A stretch of 54,366 nt of DNA, the filler included, from Deltaproteobacteria bacterium (GTDB lineage Bacteria; JACQOV01): assembly GCA_016202395.1 (NCBI GenBank). It is 4 parts of 4 records of this genome, joined end to end, with 100 filler letters (N's around TTAATTAATTAA, not from the genome) between each part and the next. Parts side by side here need not be neighbours in the genome. Positions count along the whole stretch, not along the records: positions 1 to 16,959 come from JACQOV010000015.1; positions 17,060 to 36,558 come from JACQOV010000020.1; 2 more parts are not named here. The stretch is one strand, 5' to 3'. Each line of letters opens with the position of its first letter. The first letter of the stretch is position 1. Both the position numbers and the translations under genes were made by a program. Under the pieces are notes generated by a model. The model searched no databases and had not been told where the DNA came from. It was given only the letters and a program-made list of their open reading frames with translations. This document shows, in pieces, positions 9,275 through 17,323 of the stretch.

Positions 9275-10338
9275 ATAATTTAGTCGCTTTAAAGATTCGC
9301 AAGGGATTAATTCAATGGTATCGTAAACATCGGCGCGATCTTCCGTGGCGTCAGAATAAGGATCCTTATCGTATCTGGCTCTCGGAGGTGATGCTTCAGC
9401 AGACCCAGGTCGATACGGTGATTCCTTATTATCATCGTTTTTTGAAGCGTTTCCCAACGGTTCAGTCGCTTGCGAAAGCTCCGCTTGATGATCTGCTTGC
9501 CCGATGGTCGGGGCTCGGTTATTACAGTCGCGCTCGGTCGCTTCATCGTGCCGCTCAAATCGTTGTGAATGAAAAAAAAGGGGAGTGGCCTTCCGATTTA
9601 GAAGGGTGGATGAGATTGCCCGGGATTGGTCGCTACACCGCGGGAGCCATTCTAAGCATTGCTTTTGAAAAGCGGGTTCCTATTCTCGATGGGAATGTCA
9701 TGCGTGTCTTATGCCGACTTTTCGCCCTGGATGGAGACCCGCGCGCAGAACCTCTGAATAGTAGACTTTGGAAACTTGCCGAGGAAATTTTGCCTCGTAA
9801 GAATCTGGGTGATTTCAATCAATCGTTGATGGAATTGGGGGCTATGGTTTGCACGCCTGTTTCTCCCCAATGTCTCCTATGCCCTTGTCGCTCCCTCTGC
9901 AAGGCTTTTGCTTCAGGAGATGTGGAGCGATTCCCACGGCCGAAAAAGCAGGCCTCGACCCTCCATGTTCAGATGGCTGCGGCCGCAGTCCGGATGAACG
10001 GAAAATTCTTTTTGCAAAAACGCAGAGAAGGAGAGGTTTTGGGGGGACTTTGGGAGTTTCCAGTGGTGGAGTTCAAAGGGAGAAAGAATCTAGAGTCTCA
10101 ACTTCAGAAAGAATTAAGTCAGAAATTTTTAGGGCCCTTCCTCTCCAGTCAACATCGAGGAGCCGTTCAGCACAGCATCATGAATCGGCGTCTTAAAGTC
10201 GATGTCTACGAGTTTGATTGGCCCATGGGCCGTGTTGCCGAATCGAACGAAGGGTCTCAATGGTTTGAACTTAAAGACCTGAAGAAGATCCCTATTTCCT
10301 CCCTCCATCGCAAAATCGCCCAGGTAGTAAGTGATTGA
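9271..10338 (+). CDS. mutY: A/G-specific adenine glycosylase
   Basis: LSEVMLQQTQV, WSGLGYYSRA, LPGIGRYTAGAI, DGNV.RV, 4Fe-4S CxxxxxxCxxCxxxxxC. Confidence 0.95.
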   Translation: MNNLVALKIRKGLIQWYRKHRRDLPWRQNKDPYRIWLSEVMLQQTQVDTVIPYYHRFLKRFPTVQSLAKAPLDDLLARWSGLGYYSRARSLHRAAQIVVNEKKGEWPSDLEGWMRLPGIGRYTAGAILSIAFEKRVPILDGNVMRVLCRLFALDGDPRAEPLNSRLWKLAEEILPRKNLGDFNQSLMELGAMVCTPVSPQCLLCPCRSLCKAFASGDVERFPRPKKQASTLHVQMAAAAVRMNGKFFLQKRREGEVLGGLWEFPVVEFKGRKNLESQLQKELSQKFLGPFLSSQHRGAVQHSIMNRRLKVDVYEFDWPMGRVAESNEGSQWFELKDLKKIPISSLHRKIAQVVSD

Positions 10339-10386
10339 ATCTGAAATGTAAATTTTGTAAGATTTCAGAGTAATGGTGAAATCGAG

Positions 10387-11055
10387 ATGAAGAGCCATTT
10401 TCGGCTTCCTAAAATTGTTGTAGAAATCGCCTCCAGCTTTTTAGCCTTCTATACGCGGCTTGTTTATCGTTTTGGCGAACATCGAGAGATTGGAAAAGAA
10501 AAAGTTCTCTCTCTTTTAAAAGAAGGGCGTTCTGTGATCTGTCCCATCTGGCATCAGCGGTTGAGTTATTACCTAAAAAGAATGGGAGATTTGAACGCGC
10601 TTATCATGATTACGACTCATCCTCGATTAGATACGATTGCGCGATTTTGTGAAAAACTGGGGATCGAGGTCGTTCGAGGGGGGAGTGGTGATGGCCATGG
10701 CATGGAGGCTTTAGAGGAGATGGCAAGAAGATGTCGGCAACGACCCCGGGTCATCGCGCTGGCTCCGGATGGCCCCGCAGGTCCTTACCATCAAGCCCGT
10801 CCTGGAGCGGTTTTGCTGGCAAGCAAGATTGGAGCCCCTATTGTTTCTGTGAGTTGGATCTCTACCCGCGAGCACCGAAGTAAAAAAAACTGGGATCATC
10901 GCACCTGGGCCATCCCCGGCGGCAACGCTGTTTTTGTTTACAGTGAACCACTTTGGGTCCCTTCAAAGATTGATCCGATTCAGGTTTCAGAATTTTCTCA
11001 AAAGTTGGCTCAGGCCCTAGACAATGTCGAAGCTAAAGTAAAAGAATCAATGTAA
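10387..11055 (+). CDS. DUF374 / lysophospholipid acyltransferase family
   Basis: IWHQ, VRGGS, APDGPAGP, PGAVLLA, WD motifs. Confidence 0.8.
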   Translation: MKSHFRLPKIVVEIASSFLAFYTRLVYRFGEHREIGKEKVLSLLKEGRSVICPIWHQRLSYYLKRMGDLNALIMITTHPRLDTIARFCEKLGIEVVRGGSGDGHGMEALEEMARRCRQRPRVIALAPDGPAGPYHQARPGAVLLASKIGAPIVSVSWISTREHRSKKNWDHRTWAIPGGNAVFVYSEPLWVPSKIDPIQVSEFSQKLAQALDNVEAKVKESM

Positions 11056-11111
11056 TATATTGCTATTCATGAGATTCGATGGTATACTTGTATTACAAAG
11101 GAGGATAGTCG

Positions 11112-11330
11112 ATGTCAACAGCTCTTTCCATTCGATTGCCTGACGAACTCGAGGGGGCGCTAGAAAAACTAGCTCGTGTCATAGATCGTCCAAGAAGTTA
11201 TCTTGTTCGGAAAGCCATTGAGACCTACCTCGCGGAGTACGCCGATTATCAAATCGCTTTGGATCGGCTCCGAGACAAGGATGATGAAACTATCGATGGG
11301 GTTGAGTTGAGGAAACGCCTTGGCCTATAA
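11112..11330 (+). CDS. Ribbon-helix-helix antitoxin (RelB/DUF6290-like)
   Basis: LSIRLPDEL...RSYLVRKAIETYL; overlaps downstream toxin. Confidence 0.85.
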   Translation: MSTALSIRLPDELEGALEKLARVIDRPRSYLVRKAIETYLAEYADYQIALDRLRDKDDETIDGVELRKRLGL

Positions 11331-11571
11331 CATTTCCTACAAAGCCTCTATTGAAAAAGATCTCAAACGGCTCGATCGGCCGACGATCTCTCGAATTCTT
11401 AAAAAGTTAGAGCAAGTTTTGGGAAATGATCCCAGTGCAGGTGAGCCTTTAGTTGGAGAATTCAAAGGATGCTTTAAGTACCGTGTTGGAGATTATCGCA
11501 TTATTTATACCAAAACAATGGATGGGATTTTAGTTTTAAGGATCGGACATAGAAAAGAAATCTACCGGTAA
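11320..11571 (+). CDS. RelE/ParE-family toxin
   Basis: KDLKRLD, YRVGDYRIIY, LRIGHRKEIYR. Confidence 0.9.
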   Translation: MAYNISYKASIEKDLKRLDRPTISRILKKLEQVLGNDPSAGEPLVGEFKGCFKYRVGDYRIIYTKTMDGILVLRIGHRKEIYR

Positions 11572-11577
11572 GAACCA

Positions 11578-12006
11578 ATGAAAATCTTATTTCTTTGCAC
11601 GGGGAATTCGTGCCGGAGTCAAATGGCCGAAGGATATGCACGCGAACTTTTTGGCGAGAAGGCTCAAATATATAGCGCGGGCGTTATTTCTAGTTTTGTT
11701 CACCCGATGGCCATTCGCGCAATGAACGAAGAGAATATTGATATGAGTGGACATGTCTCCAAAACCATCGAGGAAATCAAGCCTCAAATCGGAGATTCTG
11801 TGGATTATGTTATCACTCTTTGCTCGCACGCAGAGCAGGTTTGCCCTCGATTTCCGGGAGAAAAAAAGCACCTACATTGGCCGATTGAAGATCCTGTTCA
11901 GTATTTTGGGCCGAAGGGAGATCGAAAATTTCGCGAGGTTCGAGACCAAGTTAAACAAAAGATTCAGGATTTCTATGAGGAGCTTTATGGGAAAGCTTCA
12001 AAATAA
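11578..12006 (+). CDS. arsC: Arsenate reductase ArsC / LMW protein-tyrosine-phosphatase family
   Basis: CTGNSCRSQMAE, LC...CP, HWPIEDP. Confidence 0.85.
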   Translation: MKILFLCTGNSCRSQMAEGYARELFGEKAQIYSAGVISSFVHPMAIRAMNEENIDMSGHVSKTIEEIKPQIGDSVDYVITLCSHAEQVCPRFPGEKKHLHWPIEDPVQYFGPKGDRKFREVRDQVKQKIQDFYEELYGKASK

Positions 12007-12712
12007 GTTGGCATTAATCACCGGCGGAGGCTCAGGAATTGGGCGGGCCGTGGCCATTGCTTTCGCGCAAGAAGGGGCCGATGTGATTATCTGTGGACGG
12101 ACTGTTCCCACGCTTAAAGAAACAGTTCGAGAGATCTCCCAAAAGGTGGGGCGTCCCGCTTTTTGGAAAGTCGTCGATGTCTCTAAAGAAAAGTCAGCAT
12201 CCGAGCTGGCTCGGTTTATTGAAAAGAAATGGGGGAGGCTTGATATTTTGGTTAACAATGCTGGAATTTTAGGATTCATGATCTCTATTGAAAAATATCC
12301 TTTCAAGGAATGGAAAACGGTTCTTCAAGCCAATCTGGATTCTGTTTTTCTGGTTTCTCAAAAAATGATTCCGTTGTTGCGTAAAGGAAAAAATTCGATC
12401 ATTGTGAATGTGACCTCCACGGTGGGAAGCCAAGGACGAAAGCTCTGGGGAGCTTATTCTGTGAGCAAGTTTGGAACCGAGGCTTTAACTCAGATCCTCG
12501 CCCAAGAATTGGAGAGTATCCGTGTTTATTCGATCAATCCCGGTGGCGCCAGAACCTCGATGCGGGCTCAGGCCTATCCTCAGGAAGATCCCAAAACCTT
12601 GCCGACCCCCGAAGAGGTGGCAAAGGCCTTTGTCTACTTGGCCTCTTCGGAATGCGCGCTTAAAAGTGGCGAGCGTTTAAACGCGCGCGACTGGCTTGGC
12701 GTAAAAAAGTAG
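11987..12712 (+). CDS. Short-chain dehydrogenase/reductase (YciK-like)
   Basis: TGGGSGIG, NNAG, WGAYSVSK, NPGGARTSMRAQAYP; start reassigned to 11987 behind GAGGAG. Confidence 0.9.
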   Translation: MGKLQNKLALITGGGSGIGRAVAIAFAQEGADVIICGRTVPTLKETVREISQKVGRPAFWKVVDVSKEKSASELARFIEKKWGRLDILVNNAGILGFMISIEKYPFKEWKTVLQANLDSVFLVSQKMIPLLRKGKNSIIVNVTSTVGSQGRKLWGAYSVSKFGTEALTQILAQELESIRVYSINPGGARTSMRAQAYPQEDPKTLPTPEEVAKAFVYLASSECALKSGERLNARDWLGVKK

Positions 12713-12713
12713 T

Positions 12714-12801
12714 GTCATCCTGAGCCCTTCGAAAGACTCAGGACAGGCTCCGCGAAGGATCCCTTGACTTTGACGAGATTCTTCGCTTCGCTTAGAATGA
12801 C
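12714..12801. repeat. Palindromic GTCAT...ATGAC class repeat
   Basis: gtcatcctgagc...gcgaagga / ttcttcgcttcgcttagaatgac between convergent SDR and MBL genes. Confidence 0.7.
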
Positions 12802-12809
12802 GAAGGTAG

Positions 12810-13871
12810 TCATGCTGAAAGATTCAACTGCTTTAAAATAGCTTCCGAGCCCCGAACATAACGATAGACGGGATTGGGATGATCGGCAATCTCTTCCACA
12901 TTCTTTACACGGAGCGCCCCTCGTTCCCATAGATACTCGACGTGCGCTCCCGCTTCTTGAAGACCGAGTAATCGATTATATCCCTGCAGCGTCCCGAATA
13001 AGGCCTTGCTGATTTCGGCGATCGTTTTGGATTCTCGACAGATCTCCAAAACTTTCAAGAGTCGGCCATAATGAAAATCGACGATCTCGTCAATCCGCTT
13101 TTGCAGTCCTTCGAAATCATTACCATGCCCTGGAAGAACCCGATCGATCCCTTTCTCTTTTCGAACTCGCATCAAGGAATTCAGATAATTGTCGAGGCCG
13201 CAAAAGAGCACAATGCTAGCCGGCGATTGGTGAGGTGTAATTCCAGGAAGGATATGATCTCCGGTGATCAGAAAATTATCAACTCGGAGACAAATCTCTC
13301 CCGGGCAGTGCCCTGGAGTGTGAATTACTTCATAACCGTTAATGATCTCGTCATGATCTTTCATGACGGTGTCGATAGGGTTGGAACTGTAGAGAGCCTT
13401 GTAGTGGCCGTACAGAGTCATCAGTTCCTCAACCGTTTCAGCATTGGCCCCCGATCGTTCAAGAAAGATCTGGATATCTTTGGAAGTCAGGATCAATCGT
13501 TCTTCAAAAGAGCTTAACACTTTTGTGTCGTACTCATGAACGTAGATCTTGGCCTTTGTGTTTTCGCGAAAATAAGCAATATTTCCGTAGTGGTCCAGGT
13601 GGCCATGGGTAATCACCACGTGTTGAATTTCATGAGGCTTGACTTTGCGGCCAAACTTTTCGCGCAGCAAGTCCAAGGCTTCCAAAAAACCTTCCGTTGT
13701 TTGAGGCAAAGGGGATCCGACATCCACAAGTGTTACGTGCTTGTGGTCGAGAATGAGGTAGAGATTATTCACGTGATTCGTGAACGTTTCTATTGCCAGT
13801 CGATAGACCGTGATTCCTCCGGCCGTTTTTAATTCAAAAATCTCTGGCTTTTTGTAGCTTCTTTCAGTCAT
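12810..13871 (-). CDS. Metallo-beta-lactamase-fold hydrolase
   Basis: THGHLDHYG, HTPGHCPG, TGDH, LPGHG; start reassigned to MTERSY. Confidence 0.9.
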   Translation of the reverse strand: MTERSYKKPEIFELKTAGGITVYRLAIETFTNHVNNLYLILDHKHVTLVDVGSPLPQTTEGFLEALDLLREKFGRKVKPHEIQHVVITHGHLDHYGNIAYFRENTKAKIYVHEYDTKVLSSFEERLILTSKDIQIFLERSGANAETVEELMTLYGHYKALYSSNPIDTVMKDHDEIINGYEVIHTPGHCPGEICLRVDNFLITGDHILPGITPHQSPASIVLFCGLDNYLNSLMRVRKEKGIDRVLPGHGNDFEGLQKRIDEIVDFHYGRLLKVLEICRESKTIAEISKALFGTLQGYNRLLGLQEAGAHVEYLWERGALRVKNVEEIADHPNPVYRYVRGSEAILKQLNLSA

Positions 13872-13925
13872 TTCTATGCTAGGAAGGATACAAAAGCCGC
13901 TCTGGAAACGCAACTGCCAGAGGTA

Positions 13926-14324
13926 TTAGGAAACTCTGAGCAGTGAACTGGATTCGGGGTTCACTTAGCAATTCTCACCTAGCCACTGTAGGCTTCGCAA
14001 AGCAGCTCCGTCCCCCGATTTCTCTTCCTGGAGGGGGTGGGAGTGTTGGGAAAGCGGTTCGTGCCGAGAGGGAGCGGGTACCCACCGAGGGCGAGCCGGG
14101 CGAGGAAAGCCGGTTATACCGGAAGGCTTTTTCCCGCCGGCTCGCCCCGGAAGGGTGCGACCGGAGGCTCTGAGCCGCTTTCCCAACACTCCCACCCCTG
14201 GAGGAAAAGGGGAATACGGATCCGATCTTGAGCCCTCCGCTTCGCTGCTCTGCAAAGCCAACAGTGGCACGGTTCGAATTGAATCGTTCACCCCGAATCC
14301 AGTCCACTTCTCAGAGTTTGCTAA
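13926..14324. mobile_element. Non-coding nested inverted-repeat element (MITE-like) carrying the family C core
   Basis: 35-bp terminal IRs (13926-13960/14290-14324, 3 mismatches), inner IR ggggtgggagtgttgggaaagcgg/ccgctttcccaacactcccacccc; core arms shared with 17060 and 36680 repeats. Confidence 0.8.
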
Positions 14325-14371
14325 CATTGCCTAAAGTTGTAAGTTTTTGAGAAGTGACGTAGAATCTCCCT

Positions 14372-16852
14372 GTGAGTTCAGATAGCGAGCCAATCCAGTT
14401 CAATGGGGATGTTCTCCCGCGGGTTCTGTCTGTCTTCGAACAACGGGATCGAGAGATTGTGGATATCCCTAAAAAACAATCCATTCGCATTCTTGTTGCC
14501 GATGATGAGGAGAGCGTAAGAACGATGTTAGAGCTTGCCTTGAAGGATGAGGGATATCAAACGGATGTTGCCGTCGATGGAGCGGATGCGGTTCAGAAGA
14601 TTGCCGCTCAAAATTTTAGTGTCGTGGTCACCGATATCCGCATGCCGATAAAAGATGGGATTGAGGTGTTGGAGATGGCCAAGAAGGTCAACTCCGAAAC
14701 AGAAGTGATCATGATGACCGGCTATGCGAGCTTAGAGACAGCCAAAGACGCTGTGAGATTGGGGGCCTACGAATACCTCATCAAGCCCCTTCCCAACATC
14801 AAAGAATTGATGAAGATTGTCCATCGAGCGGTGGAGAAACAACTCCTCGCCAATCAAAATCGTCAATTGATGAAGGCATTGCACAAAAAGGTTCATGAAC
14901 TCAATGTGTTCTATGAGATTAGCCAGAGCGTCAATTATCTTCTGGATTACCAACAGCTCATTCACTTGATGATGACCTCTCTCCAAAAGGTTATTGATTG
15001 CGATGTCGTGGCCTCCTGCGTTTCAGAGCAAGACCGCGCGGAAATCCACGTCTATCTTTCTCGCCCCGCTTCTTCCGAGGAGATGATCGATCAAATTAAG
15101 GAAAAAGTGCTGATCTCCTCCAAAGGTTCTTTTGGAAAATCTCTGGCGATGAAGAAGATAGATGTCTCTGTGGAGGTGCTGAAGAAGTCTGGGGAGCGCG
15201 AGATCGGACCGATTCAAAAATTGGAATCTTTCTTGGATCTACCCCTGGTTATTCAAGGGCAAACGATGGGTGTGATTCATGTGGCTTCTGAGAGAGCAAA
15301 CGCGTTTTCAGAAGAAAGCGCGATTTTGTTGAAAACAATTGCCAATCAGATGTCGGAATCGATGGGTCGGCTCAGGAATGTGATCGCTGAAGAGAAATCG
15401 AGGGTCGACTCGATGGTGGCCTCCATGACCGATGGAGTGATTATGACGGATGAAAAAGGGAGAGTGGCGGTCATGAATCCGGTGGCTCGGGCGATATTGG
15501 GTTTTTTGCCCGATGAGACCATTGAAGCGAGGCGCTTGGCCTTGCGATTTGAACAATTGGGGGCTCCAGAGATTCGCGTTCGCGAGATCCTTCCTGTGGA
15601 TGAAGAAAAGGGGAAGGAGATTACGCTCGAGGTGGAGACAAAGCGATATCCTCAACAGGTGCTCGGAATTCATCAAGCTTTTGTAAAGAACATTCAAGGG
15701 AAGATCATTGGTCTTGTCACCATTCTTCGAGACATCACAGTCCGCAAAGAGATCGAACGGATGAAAGATGAGTTTATCGGCACCGTATCTCACGAACTTC
15801 GCACGCCGCTCATGATCGTGAAAGGGGCGGTGAGCAACCTCAAAGATGGGATTGCGGGGGAACTCACCTCTAAGCAGATCCATGTTGCGGAGACGGCTTA
15901 TCGGAACATCGATCGTTTGGAAAGGATTATTAATGATTTATTGGATCTTTCGCGGCTCGAATCCGGCAGGGCGAACCTGCGTCGCTCGAATGTGAATTTG
16001 AGAGATTTGATTGAGGAGGTTCTGCGTGGATTTCATGTGGGAGGAGGAGATCAAAAGATCGAGCTCCAGTCCGATCTTCCTAAACAGTTGCCCTCTGTTT
16101 ACGCGGATCCCGATCTTGTGATTCAGGTGCTCAATAATCTGTTGAGCAATGCGCTCCGTTTTGCAAAATCGAGGGTTCGGGTGCGGGCGCGCTCGCGAGA
16201 GGATGCCCCCTTCGTTCAGATCGATGTCATCGATGATGGGCCCGGAATTGAACCGGAGAAAAAAGGGTTCCTCTTCAACAAATTTATTCAGCTCCATCGT
16301 TCTCAAGGAGGGGGCGGATACAAAGGGACAGGATTGGGGTTAGCCATTTGTAAAGAGATTGTTCAGCTTCATGAGGGGCAGATTGGGGTGGAGAATCAAG
16401 TCGGAAAAGGGGCCCGATTTTATTTTACACTCCCTATTTATTCGGAGGAGATCGATTTTCATGCTCGTATGGAGGGGATTCTCAAAGAGGCTCCAGGAGA
16501 AGGCCTAGCCTTTGTCGCTTTTTCGATCCAAAATTTTAGGGAGCTGTGTGAGGTTGGTGACGAAAAAGAGATAGAAAAATCCTTTCAAGAAGTAGAAGAG
16601 CGGATCCAAAAACAGGCGTTGCGGCGAGGCGACCAACTGTTGCGATATAGCCCGTCTGTTTTTGTGGTATTTTTGGGGCACATCACTCGAGAGGGGGCAC
16701 AGCGAGTCGTGGAAAGAGTGACCCAAATCATCCAACCCTCGGATTTTAAGCCATCGGATTTTAAGGTGGAGTGGGAGATCGCGGTTTATCCGGAGGACGG
16801 TTCGACGGCAGCAATTTTTGTGCAAAAAATGCTAAAAAAGTGGATTTCATAA
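14372..16852 (+). CDS. Hybrid sensor kinase: REC-GAF-PAS-HisKA-HATPase plus degenerate GGDEF-like tail
   Basis: [43 protein letters not shown]. Confidence 0.9.
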   Translation: MSSDSEPIQFNGDVLPRVLSVFEQRDREIVDIPKKQSIRILVADDEESVRTMLELALKDEGYQTDVAVDGADAVQKIAAQNFSVVVTDIRMPIKDGIEVLEMAKKVNSETEVIMMTGYASLETAKDAVRLGAYEYLIKPLPNIKELMKIVHRAVEKQLLANQNRQLMKALHKKVHELNVFYEISQSVNYLLDYQQLIHLMMTSLQKVIDCDVVASCVSEQDRAEIHVYLSRPASSEEMIDQIKEKVLISSKGSFGKSLAMKKIDVSVEVLKKSGEREIGPIQKLESFLDLPLVIQGQTMGVIHVASERANAFSEESAILLKTIANQMSESMGRLRNVIAEEKSRVDSMVASMTDGVIMTDEKGRVAVMNPVARAILGFLPDETIEARRLALRFEQLGAPEIRVREILPVDEEKGKEITLEVETKRYPQQVLGIHQAFVKNIQGKIIGLVTILRDITVRKEIERMKDEFIGTVSHELRTPLMIVKGAVSNLKDGIAGELTSKQIHVAETAYRNIDRLERIINDLLDLSRLESGRANLRRSNVNLRDLIEEVLRGFHVGGGDQKIELQSDLPKQLPSVYADPDLVIQVLNNLLSNALRFAKSRVRVRARSREDAPFVQIDVIDDGPGIEPEKKGFLFNKFIQLHRSQGGGGYKGTGLGLAICKEIVQLHEGQIGVENQVGKGARFYFTLPIYSEEIDFHARMEGILKEAPGEGLAFVAFSIQNFRELCEVGDEKEIEKSFQEVEERIQKQALRRGDQLLRYSPSVFVVFLGHITREGAQRVVERVTQIIQPSDFKPSDFKVEWEIAVYPEDGSTAAIFVQKMLKKWIS

Positions 16853-16959
16853 CATATTAAATAGGCAAATTTTGCGTATTAGTGCCATAATAGCTCACAT
16901 TTATAAAGTTTCTGAAAGCGTCTTTTCTGGGATTGTTCAAAAAATTATTTTAAATTCAA

Positions 16960-17059
16960 NNNNNNNNNNNNNNNNNNNNNNNNNNNNNNNNNNNNNNNNN
17001 NNNTTAATTAATTAANNNNNNNNNNNNNNNNNNNNNNNNNNNNNNNNNNNNNNNNNNNN
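16960..17059. other. Artificial contig linker
   Basis: 44 N + TTAATTAATTAA (stops in six frames) + 44 N. Confidence 0.98.
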
Positions 17060-17253
17060 AGCGGAGCGGATGGCCCACAATCGGTGTCGATCCGTCAATC
17101 CTATCCTTTCCGTGCGTGTTTCCTCAAGGGTGAAATTGGGGGACGTAGCTGCTTTGCGAAGCCTACAGTGGCTAGGCGAGAAATGCTAAGCGAGTCCAGA
17201 GACCTACCTCCCTGAGAGGGGTCAAAAATTCTTGAAGGTTGCTCAAAGAATAT
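17060..17253 (+). repeat. Repeat family C, partial at contig start
   Basis: Near-identical to 36745-36943 (gggggacgtagctgctttgcgaagcctacagtggctaggcgagaaatgcta...gagacctacctccc). Confidence 0.85.
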
Positions 17254-17323
17254 CTGGTAGTGAAGAGGAATGAAGAAAGTATTGGATTGGGAACTGGAGC
17301 GGTGGTAGTATAGTAACTTGGCC

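Noticed and set aside
13943..14327. Four short ORFs in the 13.9-14.3 kb spacer
   Set aside because: Products of a GC-rich palindromic repeat; similar peptides arise from the 17.1 and 36.7 kb copies
16862..16890. TGGCAC...GC on the minus strand as a sigma54 promoter
   Set aside because: GG-to-GC spacing is 9 rather than the required 10
16960..17059. TTAATTAATTAA palindrome within N runs (also 36559 and 46854)
   Set aside because: Identical 100-nt artificial linker with six-frame stops; not biological
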